The notes under the pieces were generated by a model that saw nothing but the letters and a program-made list of their open reading frames with translations, did not search any database and was not told where the DNA came from. Below, piece after piece: positions 1-13,631 of a DNA stretch of 64,000 bases. The stretch is from Macrostomum lignano (taxonomy: Eukaryota), in NCBI GenBank assembly GCA_002269645.1, contig NIVC01000689.1, forward strand, positions 124,001 through 188,000. Reading direction: 5' to 3'. The position numbers and the translations under genes were made by a program. How positions within the stretch are numbered: position 1 is the stretch's first letter; the number at the start of each line of letters is the position of its first letter.

Positions 1-560
1 AAATGGGATTTGATGGGGCGACAAAATGGGAGTTGAGGGTACTAAAATGAGTACGTACTCCTACGATAGCACGATTTTAAGTAGTGAATGAAGTTTCTTA
101 ATGATAAATTGATGTCAGGATTTTTATGAACTCCTCGGTTATCTAATCAACGCTAAATAGGGTGTTTCCATCGTAATTAGTTTTTCGTGGGAATACATGA
201 GTTCTGAAATTTTTAGTTAGATTTTTATGAGCTCTTTCTGAAATGAGGGAAAATTAAGACTGTTTGCTGGGCCATCTCCTAGCTGTGGTATGCTGTTTTG
301 CAGCCGGGGTCTATTGGGATCTTTTTCCCACGAAAATGTGATCCATTTTATACCGTAGTTTCAAATTCATTGCAAGACACGCACGCACATGCTTTACTTC
401 TTTATATAAGGCAGACACACGAAATACGGAAGATTGATTTCCGTAATTTTATGTTTAGCTATCTGTTAACTACAGATAGCTAAATAGCTGGCTTAATTTC
501 ACACATCTCAATCTCTGTCTCATTCCACCTGCCTAATCATCTTCCTATATCACCTTTTCA

Positions 561-802
561 CTGTCTCCCTGTCTCACCCTCTCCCTGTCTCACGCTATCC
601 TTGTCTAACTCTCCCTGTCTCACCCTCTACCTGTCTCACCCTCTCCCTGTCTCACCCCCTCCCTGTCTCACGCTATCCTTGTCTAACTCTCCCTGTCTCA
701 CCCTCTACCTGTCTCACCCCCTCCCTGTCTCACCCTCTCCCTGTCTCACGCTATCCTTGTCTAACTCTCCCTGTCTCACCCTCTACCTGTCTCACGCTCT
801 CC
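561..802 (+). repeat. Minisatellite, 16-bp unit (CCCTCTCCCTGTCTCA) in a ~78-bp higher-order unit, ~3 copies
   Basis: Visible tandem units; ORF 601..867 repeats with a 26-aa period. Confidence 0.85.
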
Positions 803-2574
803 CAAGCTGCAGCATGCCTACGCCAATTCCTCAGACCCCAAGTCACCGCAGGTTAATCGGTAGTTAGTTTTCGCCACAGCAACAACAAAATACTAACTCT
901 GCAGATTGCGTTAACTCGGCCGAGAGGCAGCCGGCCCCACTGCCCACCAGGCCAGTTTATTGACTCTATGCGAAAGTTCTACGCTGGAATCTTCGGCTAG
1001 CCACGCGAATTCAAAGTTCCTCACTGTGAAGTGCCCCCGGAGGCCTGCGGGTGGTCGCACCAGCAGGCAGGCCAGTTTTCGCTAGACTTTCTCTGCTTCA
1101 TACCCTCACCTTAACCCGATCCCAAAACTGAACCTTTAAGCCAAACTTGCGCCCCACTCCCCTAAGGCCCCTCATCCTTTGGAGGAGTCTCCGCTAGTCT
1201 CGTCAACCGTCACGATGGCAAAACAATAAACTGGCCCGCTAGCCCGCCTGGCCGGTGGCACACATGCGTGCGAATCTGCATCATAGAAGCATGCGGCTTC
1301 TGTTTGTTCGCCAGATTCTGCAGAATCCGTCTTTATCTCTTCGTCTGTCTGTCCGTCCGTTCCTCTCTCTCTCTATCTCTAACTTGCTTTCATTTCGATA
1401 AAGAGTCCCAACCCTGTGGAACTGCAAAGAGATAAAGAAATGTTTTCGTTAGAAACAAAAAAAAACGCTCAATTGGTCATTTTGGTCTATAGTGGCTCTG
1501 GCTCGATACGGACCATGGTCAACTGAAGTAGAAGGACGCTTACACTCGAATTTCTTAAGAGATGAGCTGTAAGCCGTCAAGGCGTATTTGTCGTCTCGCC
1601 AGTGCATTCAGTACATGGAGGAAAGAAAAAAATGGAGTGCTAATCTGACTGAGTTATTTTTGTTTTGCTCCTTTTCGACTTTTGGCATCATGGTACCCCC
1701 CATTCCATTCTATTGGCTGTTGAGTGCCAATATCTAGAAGTCCTAACTAGTACTTTTTTTAAATTGACTGGCTTGTTTATCGACCTTTTCTAGAGTGAGA
1801 GATCCTCCCGTGTTTTGGAGGAAGTGTTGCTTACCCTCGTACACACTGTAGATTCGAGTTCAAGACTGAGTCGTTGGATCAGGTTACACATTTTAGACAA
1901 ACCCGAACTTCTTTAACCATTTTCCCATGGCAGTAGTTGTTTTCCCAAACCATGGTGTTTTTGGTATCCATGGAGGAATTGGTATATATTATCAATAATT
2001 GCAATCGTTGCATTTTAACCGATGCAAATTTTGGGAGAACAACCGTTGCAGGCAGCATGACAGGCCCATCCACCTGCATAAAGTTTGTCACCCTAGCAAC
2101 ACGGGAAGGCTCCCCCCCTCCCGAGCTGCCACATGATACTCGAGAGAGGGTCAAAACTGTTTGAGGGCATAAAAAATGGCTGCGCAAAGCAAGTGGAAAG
2201 CTGGCTGGCTGATTTATTGGCTATTTTCAGTGCAGCAGCCAACTTGCAAAAATAAGGCATCCGGAAATGGGAGCAGCTTTTGCACAGCAATTGTTATCGA
2301 GCGCCTCTATCTGTGCCGAAGGCTTCTTGACCATCAAAGCGCATTCTTAGCCAGCTTATAAATGCCATACAGTTTCTTTTTTTAGGTTCGGTGCGAGCAT
2401 TTTGTAAACAATTTGCGATTTCGTTTGACGCTGTTCGAGCGAGAGACTTGCAAACGGAACTTCAGAGACACTGCAGGTTGGGGATGTAAAACCTTCTGAA
2501 ATGGATTCTTACGCTGAAATTCACTTATTTGTCTGTCTACCTGCCCCTACGTCTCTATCTCTCTACACCGTCTC

Positions 2575-2611
<37 letters not shown>
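2575..2611 (+). repeat. (CT)n microsatellite
   Basis: Direct reading; similar CT runs near 12746-12770 and 13023-13050. Confidence 0.9.
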
Positions 2612-2612
<1 letters not shown>

Positions 2613-4569
2613 ACTTACCTATCTTTCCTTTATCTGTCTCCCATTCTCCCTTCATAGTCTCTGATCTGGAGATCTGGCCATTCACAACTTCCCATCCAAG
2701 CTAGCAATCCAACAGCCCTGCAGTTCTAATAATTGGCGCCGCCTTCCATTCGATTGAAAATCCAAGAGCCAGCCGAACGAATACTGTCCTCTTTTTGTTA
2801 TTTCAGGCACATTGCAATAAAACTAGGAAATTATTATTTGCGGGATTAAATTTTGAATAAGATAAGTTCAAGGAAATGCGGCTCAGTGTACGCAGCGGGA
2901 GATCGGGGAGGTCGCGGATGACAGGGGCGGAGAGGCACAGCACAGGTGAGGTCTGCGCGATCCGGTAATGCAAAAACTGCAACAAGTGCCCTCTCCACCA
3001 GTAAGCCTAGGGTTTTAGTAGAACCCTAAGGGCTCCAAAAATCCTGAAGTTTCGGGGTCCCTTGGGATCTTTATCACTTCTCTTTGGTCTTTGTGACTGG
3101 ACAGTACATGAACATAACTGAAGTCGCACGCGCGGCTCTCGAGTCTGTTATAACAAAAAATAAGCCACTAGAACAGCGCCAAGCGTCCAGCAGCCCCTTA
3201 TTGTCCATCTATTTCTCCTCCCTGACAGGCTTGGGACAGGTGGTGGCCGCCCCTTCCTCCGGCCGCTCCCAATCGTGTGTTTACACCGTTTACACGGCCC
3301 ACGGGAGCACGGAGGCTTGACAAGTGGATGGGGGAGGCTTGATGCGGAGCTGGCTAAAAAACCCGGGGAAATGAAGGGCCGGAGAGGCACCAAGCCAGTT
3401 CAGTTGTGCGCAGGAGAAACTGAGGAATGGGGAGGAAGCTGATGCTATAATAAACAATGCCGCAGCTATTTTGGACAGGGGTGGGACATGAAAACATGGG
3501 AGTTAGTGGGCACACTTGGGCCATTTCCAATAGTCATCTTTGCCTTAATGGTCATGAGTCTATCATTTGTAAATATCGATTCTTCAGCTAGACGCCATGT
3601 CTTGCCTGAATTCTAAAACTTGTTTAAGCAAGTTCAGCTCGAATAATTGTCGAATAAAAGTCGGCCAATTGGTGTTCCAGCGTGGGGCTTCGGTATTATT
3701 CGCTGCGGGAGGGCAAGACAGTGGGGTAAACCGCAACTTGGCCTACAAATCGGACGAAGAGCTTTGCTGCTTCCGTGCGAGCCATAAAAACAGGGGCTGG
3801 AGCGGATGAACTATCGGCGCAGTGACAGCGGAGCTGCTAAGTAATATAACCGTGTAGCAAGTGCAGCTTACATTGAAAATCCCCCCCTTCCCAGATCCCG
3901 TGCGCAGTTAAGAGTGTTGCACCGGCTCCAATGCACTCACTCCCCGGGGCAATTCATTAAATAACAAAACACACAGGCGTTTGCTCATCAATCAACAATG
4001 GAATGGAATTATTGAATAAGGATTCTTCAATACATGGAGGCGGGTGGGTCGGGTTAAGGCATCTGCTATACAGGCAGTGGTTGCCATTGGTAACAAATCC
4101 AATATTCAATGTTGTTTGTCTGTTCAAAGCTGGGCTTTGAGACCCGGCACAAGCACAAGCGCTCAGCCCCTCAGCTGCTCAGCCACTTTAGTCTGCACCT
4201 GTTTTCTTCTCTCTATAGCTGGCGCCGTGCCCTGTCTTGCCATTCTGCTGCTGTGCCCCATCTCTCTCCAGGTTTGGATACAAATCTGAATGCGGCCTTA
4301 TTGCAGAGTTCCTGTACGGGAGGCCATCTCTGCCTGCCTCTCTTGTCTTCTCTCTGCTCTACGTCAAACTGTAACAATTATTTATGGAGTCGCCTTTCAA
4401 TTGCTTTATCCTGCTAAGAAGAAATCATCTGCAAAAAAACAATTTCCAACGCAGATTAGGGTCTGCATGGAAAAATGTTGCAATTGATGTAGGAATGATT
4501 GCCTGCGAGAGATTGAGGGGAACTGAGGATTGGGGAGAAATAGCTCAAGCAGGATAGGGAAAGAGATAC

Positions 4570-5352
4570 TAGAGGGAAGGGGGTGGGAGAGAGGGTGAAA
4601 GATGGTAAAAGAGAGGGTGGGAAAGGGTGGGAGATGGTGGGAGAGAGGGTGAGAGAAGGTGGTAGAGGGTGAGAGAGAGGGTGAAAGAGAGGGTGAGAGA
4701 GGGTGAGAGAGGGTGGGAGAGGGTGGGAGAGAGTGTGAGAGAGGGTGGGAGAGGGTGTGAGAGAGGGTGGGAGAGGGTGTGAGAGAGGGTGAAAGAGAGG
4801 GTGTGAGAGAGGGTGAAAGAGAGGGTGAGAGAGGGTGAGAGAGGGTGGGAGAGGGTGGGAGAGAGGGTGGGAGAGAGGGTGGGAGAGGGTGAGAGAGGGT
4901 GAAAGAGAGGGTGAGAGAGGGTGGGAGAGAGGGTGAGAGTGGGAGAGGGTGAGAGTGGGAGAGGGTGGGAGAGAGGGTGGGAGTGGGAGAGGGTGGGAGA
5001 GAGGGTGGGAGAGGGTGAGAGTGGGTGGGAGAGGGTGGGAGAGGGTGGGAGAGAGGGTGGGAGTGGGAGAGGGTGTGAGAGAGGGTGGGAGAGGGTGTGA
5101 GAGAGGGTGAAAGAGAGGGTGAGAGAGAGGGTGGGAGAGAGGGTGGGAGAGGGTGAGAGAGGGTGAAAGAGAGGGTGAGAGAGGGTGGGAGAGAGGGTGA
5201 GAGTGGGAGAGGGTGAGAGTGGGAGAGGGTGGGAGAGAGGGTGGGAGTGGGAGAGGGTGGGAGAGAGGGTGAGAGAGGGTGAGAGTGGGTGGGAGAGGGT
5301 GGGAGAGGGTGGGAGAGAGGGTGGGAGTGGGAGAGGGGGGGAGAGAGGGTGA
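4570..5352 (+). repeat. Purine-rich GAGAGGGTG(G/A) array with an internal block duplication
   Basis: Almost pure G/A/T on the + strand; ORFs 4406..5386 and 4456..5502 are its translations and contain a repeated block. Confidence 0.9.
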
Positions 5353-5829
5353 GTAAGGAGTCTCCTGAAATCTGCCCTTTGTCCAATGAACGCAGTACAG
5401 GAGGCTACGAAGTAAACCAGAGAAAAATTCTACAGAATTTAATAAAACATTTTGCAGCTGAACCAGCCCACCCCTCAAGCCAGGTGTTCCCGACACAGAC
5501 AATCAGACAGTCGGCATAAAGGAAAAAGAAAATCAGAAAAGAATGCAGTTAGTTATCAGTTTCGCTATAGGCCTCTCAAACACCCAGCGGTGTTAAGCGA
5601 TGACACGAAGATGCGCTGCCGTCCTACCCAACGCGACACGTGACCCATTGACCTGTTCTTGTGCGAGAGTGATTGAACGCACAGGTGGGCTCGGGAATCT
5701 CCTACTAAAGTGTAAATTTTCCACAATCCAAAAAAATCAATTAAGCCAAAGAAACTTGACAGAGATTTTCATGCACTTGAAGGCGGAACTCTCTTTTATA
5801 GTTTGAACAGTTTGAACGCAGCAGCTCAC

Positions 5830-6888
5830 CCCGTCCTCAGACACCGTGGGTACAAAGCTCGGATCCACCCAGTCCTTCTCCGGCCCGTCCTGGCATCGGG
5901 GGTCTTTGCGAGGCTTCTTGGCAGCGGCCGACTGCTGCTGCTGCTGCTGCTGTTGTTGTTGTTGTTGTTGATGAGGCTCCAGCTGGTGCTGCTGCTGATA
6001 AGTCGGGTTCATCAGCCGGTGTCGGCTTTGGTTGCTCAGGCTGGTCAGGGGCAGCGGTGGCTGCTGCTGATGTCCGCTTATGGGCACGGCAGACACACCC
6101 GCTGTCGCCGCCGCTGCCGCTGCCACTGCCATTTCCTGCATCTGGAGTTGGCGCTGCTGTTGGGCGGCCTGCAGAGTCTGCAGCAGCCTCTCGTACTCGG
6201 CCAGGACCTGCTGCGCCTCGGCCAGCTGCTGCTGAGCCCCGTCGATAAAGCCGCGCGCTTTCTGCACCTCCGATAAGCTCGGCTGCTGCAGGCCGCGCAG
6301 CATTCGGCTGACCGCCGACGCGAGGCCTGCCGTCTCCTCCAGGGTGGCTTCCGCGCACTTTTCGAGCGTCCTTGGCGCCTGGGAGCCGTTGGCGGCGCCG
6401 CCGATGCCGGACGTGGACGAGGAGGGCGACGAGGACGACTGCGGCCGCGGCGACTGGTGCGGCGCTCCGCCCAGCGGGAACGGCAGGAAAACCGTCGGAC
6501 CGAGCGGGGGCAGCGACGCTGGCAGATTTCCGCTGCTGCCGCCGCCGTCACTGCCACCGTTCGCGCTGATTGTTGATGTCTTCGTGAGGTCCAGCGGAGC
6601 GGCCGCCGCCGCTGTGGCAGCCGCAGTGGCCTGCTGAGCGATGGCCTGAACGCCTGCAAAATAGTCCTTCAGGCTCATGCGACTGCTTTGTCTATCGCTA
6701 TTCGATTGTCGCTGCATATCATCTGCGGCCTCTGTCGGTGTCGAACTGCTGCCTTCCTCTTCGCTGATGCTGCCGCTTCTTATTTGGCGTCGCTGCTGCG
6801 GCTGCTGCTGGCCGGCCCACGATTGGGGCATCAGCCGCTTGGGCGCCTGGGCCTTGCGCCGATTCGCTGCTGCGGCCGAGGAGTCCAT
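5830..6888 (-). CDS. Large exon of a putative transcriptional co-repressor-recruiting protein (RRKAQAPKR, PLDLT, coiled coil, polyQ, NLS-like KKPRK); family unresolved
   Basis: GC-rich part of the 454-aa ORF from MDSSAAAANRRK (ATG 6888) to donor GGG|GTGAGC at 5830; pyrimidine-rich acceptor just upstream (~6913); no downstream exon identified in the window. Confidence 0.7.
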
Positions 6889-9654
6889 GGGCCAGATGAT
6901 TCGCGCCCACCTTGGGGAGGAATGGGGTGGTGGGTGGGTGGGGGCAGCCCCGATGGGAGTCAAGGGCACACAGGGGATTGGGGCTCTTATGGAGGGCAAG
7001 TTTACCGCAATCAACAGGTCTGAGGTGTATTGGGGGGGGGGGGCTTTGGATCCAGTTAGCCCTGCAATTAGAGAAGTTTCCAAGTTGAAACTTCTACTCA
7101 CTCGAGAGGTAGCAGGCTGTAGTAGAATATTATAGAGCCCTCTTTTTAGACAGAGCTATACGCTTGGCTCAATATGGTTTGCCATCATGCATTAGAAGAC
7201 ATTTTTCTATTGTTAGAGAAGCTGCCTCTACATGTGCTGCTATTGAGAGCTGGCAGAGGCCTCTCCCTGTCTGCGGCTCTCTCATTGGCTTCTGTAGCGC
7301 GCCGCAGATTAAAAACTGTTCTGTGGCGTGTTAAAAAAACGCGCACTGAAAGGCATGCATCTATGCAGCTGCTATATACTAGCTAGCATGTGCTGGACGC
7401 CAAGAAAATTTAATATTACAGAGAAAAGGCTAGTCCCCCCTCTATCGCGTTCGCGCTATTCATCTGTTGTCAAGTGCACAGAGACTCCCGCCTGCATTCA
7501 TGTATATAAAGCACTGCTGAGTGAGGTGGGTTCGCGGACGGTGTGTAATTCTTGCATTCTCATGCTCTAATGGGTACTGTCTCCTCGCCAGCTATTAAAA
7601 ATTTTCATTATTCCACTACTGGCTATATGCTGTGCTATTCTGCCTGTCTCTGCCTGTCCCCGCCCCTGACTTGAGCCGTATGACACAATTCGTACATGCG
7701 CGCATCTTCGGTCTGTTCCACTGGACGCGGCACAGACGCCGTCGCAGGTCTATTGTTGCAGCAACGAAGGCTCTCTGTTTGCTCCTATTCAAAAAGCTGG
7801 CGGCCTGTAACATTTTTTTCTTGGTTGACCACTTTCTGCCTCAGTATAGTGCAGGCCTAGCTCTTGTATGCTAGTCTAGAAATAATGCGACTCTGTGTGG
7901 AAAGCTGTTTGTCTGTATGTCTGTCTCTCGGTTTCTCTCTAGGGCGCAACATGCTGCTGCAGCCATGCATAGACTTTTTACGGTTTATTATAAGTTTTTC
8001 TACTCGATTGCTACCTAGTTTCGGGGCTGGGTGGGGCATTGTGTCGCATATGAAACCGACAGCCGACCCGCAGCGAGCAAGGAGGTGAGCAGTCAAGCCC
8101 ATTCCGCTGACCCCTGAGCAAGTACACACGCAGCCACATTGGGTGTACAGCGGCCCGACTTTCAAATCGTCATGCAGGTAGATAACTAGAGAAAAAACTA
8201 GAGAGCTTACCTTGGACAGCCTTTTGAAACCCTAGCGAATGGTCATTGAAATTTGGGAATCGAACCAGTCTCTCTGGCTCTGCAACTGATTGCGATTTCA
8301 AGTGATTGAATGTGTAAAAAACGATCTGGCTTTTTATTTCATTCGGCACCACCCAGATCTCCCCCCAGCGTGCGCGGAAAGAGTGAAAGTGATAGGAGAG
8401 TATAGTAGCTAGTGAGACAAAACGACTGCCTGGGAGAGAGGCGGGGGTGCCCAAGGCGGGGAGAGTGAAAAGAGACACGGATGGACAGACAGAGCGGAAG
8501 AAGCAGGCGGAAAAAGTGCGAAGAACATGCGCGCGCATGGGTGCATGGGAGAGAGAAGGCTGGGAGGATCGCGGAGTGAGGGAGTAGTGGGGCGGGGCCG
8601 GTCCCACCTGATTAACGCACCCCTCAGTCTTTAGGAGGGGGGGGGCGGGAAGAAAAACTGGGGGAGGGGATAAGGCGAGGCGTCGACACGATCCCCTACT
8701 AGCGGGGACTGTATTAGAAAAGGGGGATCTGGGCAGCTAACGCCTGGGATGAAATCTGCGCGCGTGTGAGAGAGTGAAAATAATGGAGAAATGGGCGGAG
8801 AAATCACCTCAGGGGCATGGAGCGGCACTGCAGCATCGCGTGCCCGACAGTTAGAACCGCCGGCTGCATGTGCGAGTCGGAAGCGAGCGAGAGCAATAAG
8901 CAGCGAAACGAGCACACGGATAGTGTTCGCATGCAGGTTCTGCGACTGGGTGGAGGGGCTTCCCTCACGCTTTCTTGTGTAACTCGAGTAAATCCCTCCC
9001 CAAAGCCGGTCCTGCTTCAGAAGCTCCGAGCCTCTGATGCGCTATTAAGTTTCCTAGCGGAGATTTCTCCTGTCTTCATAAATATCACCAGTTCACTCTT
9101 ATTAGCTACATGCATATACGAACAGTCCCATGTCAAAACATGCACCCAAATCCCCCAGCCAGCACCTGAATGAAGCATCGGATTGATGGGTGCTGTTGCA
9201 GTGAAACCGTGCAGGAGGACGAGAGAGGCGTCACGCGGTGCAGGTGACAGTCTTGGGATTCGCACAAAGCGCTCGGCCAGATTAAATCTCTCTATCTTCC
9301 TATGTTCCTTCCTCTCTCTAAGACGGAAATGTCGCTTCATCAACCCAACAGTCAGTTTCACCTGCTGCTCCGAATGCATTTATAACGCGCGTCGGTTTGT
9401 CCCGAATTCTTTGTCCCGACCACGGAATTGGAAAATGTCACTGTCCGGTGCGGTTGTTGGTTGCCGGGCTTCGATTCATTCGGTAACCATTGCTGCTATG
9501 GGTGCAGAGCATTTTGGTTACCAATGACTGATATAGAGTAACAATTGGTCACGTGTAAAGGGTAGAGACATGAAGTGGGGTGCCATGATTGTAAGTTGTA
9601 GTTCTATAAGCCCTATACATGTAGCTAGAGGTGATGAGGCAGGGTATAGATCAT

Positions 9655-10330
9655 GGAGGTACAGGATATAGATCCGGGAGGGACAGGACAGATCCGGGAG
9701 GGACAGAATATAGATCCGGGAGGGACAAGATATAGATCCGGGTGGGACAGGATATAGATCCGGGAGGGACAGGATATAGATCCGGGAGGGACAGGATATA
9801 GATCCGGGAGGGACAGGATATAGATCCGAGAGGGACAGGATATAGATCCGGGAGGGACAGGATATAGATCCGGGAGGGACAGGACAGATCCGGGAGGGAC
9901 AGGATATAGATCCGGGAGGGACAGGATATAGATCCGGGAGGGACAGGATATAGATCCGGGAGGGACAGGATATAGATCCGGGAAGGACAGGATATAGATC
10001 CGGGAGGGACAGGATATAGATCCGGGAGGGACAGGATATAGATCCGGGAGGGACAGGATATAGATCCGGGAGGGACAGGATATAGATCCGGGAGGGACAG
10101 GATTTAGATCCGGGAGGGACATGATAGATCCGGGAGGGACAGGATATAGATCCGGGAGGGACAGGATATAGATCCGGGAGGGACAGGATATAGATCCGGG
10201 AGGGACAGGATATAGATCCGGGGGGGACAGGATATAGATCCGGGAGGGACAGGATATAGATCCGGGAGGGACAGGATAGATCCGGGAAGGACAGGATATA
10301 GATCCGGGAGGGACAGGATACGGGAGGGGG
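9655..10330 (+). repeat. 22-bp minisatellite (GGGAGGGACAGGATATAGATCC), ~30 copies
   Basis: Direct reading; 22-aa period (3 units) in the overlapping ORFs. Confidence 0.95.
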
Positions 10331-11206
10331 AGGATGTAAATGCGGAAAAGAGACAGTATGTAAATAAAGAGTCAGGGTGTATTTGGAAAGAAGTGGCAAC
10401 TTTGGAACGAAGGTTGAGTGGCAGGTAGAGATTGCGGTTCGAAAAATCCACAGAATCCCCCGGAGACTCGCAGCAGAGCCGAACAGTTCAATCAACTCAC
10501 GGTTTAGCCAAAGTGCCTCTTTGCCAGCGCAAATGCCCCTGACTACATCCGGCAGGCTCGACACCGACTGTTGCCGCTCGCCCGGGATCAAACAGAATAT
10601 AATAGGCCCCAGTGGCATTAGCGCATCGCCAATGCATGCAGTTTCGCCCCTCTTATGCAGGAAGTTTTCGTCTCCCACCGCGTCAGCATGTATGCCTGCA
10701 GCATGTATTATTTGGGAAGTAGGAAGAAGTGCTTGCTAAGATGAGGATTGGCGTGTTTACACACGAGCAGGGCGCTTGACATTCAGCGGACTAGAGCCCC
10801 CGACTCTCCAGTCTACCGCGCGCCCTCTTCGCTTCCCCTGGACTGAAAAACAAAAGCATTTATGGGAAAAGTTTCAATGCAAAACACACGCACAGTGGAA
10901 GCATGTGCCGTAGGAGACAGGGCGGAGCCTGCTAGTGTGAATAAAGCTCCCTTCTAATTGCTTTCAGAGACAGATGAGGCGCATCTATGCAGCTGCATAA
11001 ATTTTATTTGGTTCAGAAGTGCCAGGACAGGTACCGGACACGCCAATGCAAATTTGAGGAAGCGTAGAGTCTAGTATGAGATGATGCATCATGTGACTGC
11101 ACTTAATTCCCTATACATTCCTTATTCATTGAGGTTCATAACACTGTCTAGCAGATTATATCCAGACATGGGGGTCGCTTTTCAATTTCACAAGCTCAAA
11201 AATCAA

Positions 11207-11326
11207 AGACAGAGACACTCATTTTAGCGCCACAGACAGACACTCATTTTGGCGCCGCAGACAGACACTCATTTTAGCGCCGCAGACAGACACTCATTTT
11301 AGCGCCGCAGACAGACACTCATTTTC
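11207..11326 (+). repeat. 25-bp minisatellite (CAGACAGACACTCATTTTAGCGCCG), 5 copies
   Basis: CACTCATTTT recurs at 11216, 11241, 11266, 11291 and 11316. Confidence 0.9.
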
Positions 11327-13631
11327 GCAAAAAAAGCCCAGTTGGCTAAAACTAACGTTCAGATAACACAAGTTTTTTTGCTGAGCGAAGACTCTATCAA
11401 TACGAGCGTAAATAAATCATACTTCAGTTATCCCATGTGTAACAGATGAAGTAGCTCTCAATAGCTATCTATCTAATAGGAAGCGCCCTGTCTAGCGCCG
11501 TATCATCCCTGTCGAGATAGGTATTTTGCCACGGCATTTCGATGGCACATAGTCGCAGCTTATAGACGACCGCACAGGACACTCTGCAGCTGATGCGTGG
11601 CGCGAGCTGCTCGAACAACAGCTGCAGCAACATCTTCATATTCCCACCTATAAGCACTGGTTAAATATGTTTAGCAAGAGGGAGAAAGCTGCAACGTGTC
11701 ATCTAATATAGGAAAGAATTCTTTCCTGCGTCGCCAAGTGTCGGATCGGACAGATTTGACCGAGTCAAATGGCAATTTTCGACAACTACTATTGCAGTAG
11801 GGGTCGGGCTGGGAATTTGTGACGTGCATTCCTGGAAAAACTACTGTGCGAAACTACCATATCCGCTTGGAATTGCCGACAACTAGGTAAAGCTGGTATT
11901 GATTTTATCGGCCAAGTTGATAGTAAAGCCAACCAAGTCGAGATTTTTCATTTGGCAGCAGTAGATTCGGTCTTGCCCATAGACATAGACATAGCGAGTA
12001 AGTTGATGATTTGGCCATAGACATCAGCACAAAGGATGCCAACCTCTCTCGTTGAAATCATGCTTAAAAATCGACTTCCAATGCAGTAACGATCAAAACC
12101 ATAAATTTGGTTGCTTTTTGCCCGAATATTTTTGGACGAGAACAACTCGGCTCACAATCGAGAAAAGAAACATTTGAGAGACAGGAAGATCTCAAGAAGC
12201 ATAGAAGTCATAGCACAGGTGTCGGCAAAGTTTTTTTTAACTCAAGGGCAAGATAAAGAATCCAGCTCATACCTGCGGACCAGAAAAGAGAGGAAAGGAG
12301 AGAAGAGAGAAGAGAGCTGAGAAGATACATAAACCTTAGGGGGCCGCATGTGGTTGACCGACTACAGGAGTTTGCCGAACCCTGTCATAGCATGATAACA
12401 TTTTCACTAGGGGGTAGTTGACCCCTTTGACCTCTGGATGGCTCCCCATCTCAATGCCAGATGGGCAGTTGCCCCCCTCTTACCCCTGTTCCCAGGTGCC
12501 AGTGTTTACGTGTCATTAGAAACGAAAAAATTTTTGATATAGTTACTAGTCTGGTAACTAGCTAAAGAGGAATGCTATTCAACATCTCTCATCCTAGCCA
12601 ATCTTGCCAGTCAGCCAGCAGCAGAAGCGCTAACTCGAGTTCGAATAAAAAAACCAGAGCGCGCCGTGCGCAGGTAGAGAAAATTTGAAAATCAGTGCGG
12701 CGTCACGAATGCAAGCGCAGAGGTAGAAAAAGCTCCGGATTCCCAGCTCTCTCTCTCTCTCTCTCTCTCGCCGTGTTTTCGAGTTCCATATTCCTTCATT
12801 CATCCTTCCGTAATGCCTCGCGGTTGCTCGCATTGAATCAAGAATTGGGTGGTCCGGTGCAGGTGAACCCGGATCAACCGCGTGTTCCGTGTGTGCGCAA
12901 CTGCATGCGACCTCGGCTTGAATCGGGCCATGCATACGGCAGTTGCTGCTGCTGCTGCTGCCCCCACGCATGCCCACCTGGCCATGTTTTCATGTGGGCC
13001 CTCCATCCACACATTCTATATTTCTCTCTCTCTCTCTCTCTCGCTCTCTCACACGCGCGCGGCATAATTCGCACACGCGCCTCCCCCCGCCGAGCCGCAA
13101 TCCGGCTGCACAGGACGCGGGTGGGAGGGGGGACCTGCTGGGACACATCCCTGCATCCCAGCCCGCTTTGCATGCATGCTCCGCGCGTGTGTTAGCTGCT
13201 AGGTATAGAAAAGTCGCAAATTCAATCCTTCTTCATCATCATCATCGCAGTCGTGTAGTAGCATAGCTGGCTACACAGGCAGATGCAAGACTTTGGGTGA
13301 AAAAGCGCGCGGTCATGCGCTCGGTTCGCTTCAATGAGCCGCCAGCTCGTGGCTGAGTACACGCAGTAGCGGCGCTTTCGTGATTAATCTTCAAGGCAAT
13401 AAGACGTCTGCAGCAACAGGAGACAGCGGAGGCGGATTTCGTTACAGCTCCCATTTTGCCATCCGTCTCTATTGATATTCTGTCGCCATCCGACTACATA
13501 ATAAATTTTCTTGGTCAATCTTCTCTCGTTTTGATGATCCAAATAACATTTTGCACAATTTATAGCGGCAACTCTCTTATTCATATTAACTTTAACATCT
13601 TTAAAATCAGACAATGGAAACAAAAGATAAT

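Noticed and set aside
1545-1610. Minus-strand MHWRDDK, resembling Teashirt zinc-finger HYRDDN
   Set aside because: An in-frame stop lies immediately upstream and there is no Cys pair
4406-5502. Long Pro/Ser/His/Leu-rich ORFs (326 and 348 aa)
   Set aside because: They are translations of the purine-rich repeat, open in several frames and with no domain content
5803-7135. Overlapping plus-strand and alternative-frame ORFs (likewise over liprin exons, CenH3 and EF1-gamma)
   Set aside because: They are shadow ORFs of GC-rich coding sequence
9518-10678. 386-aa ORF
   Set aside because: It is mostly the 22-bp minisatellite read through
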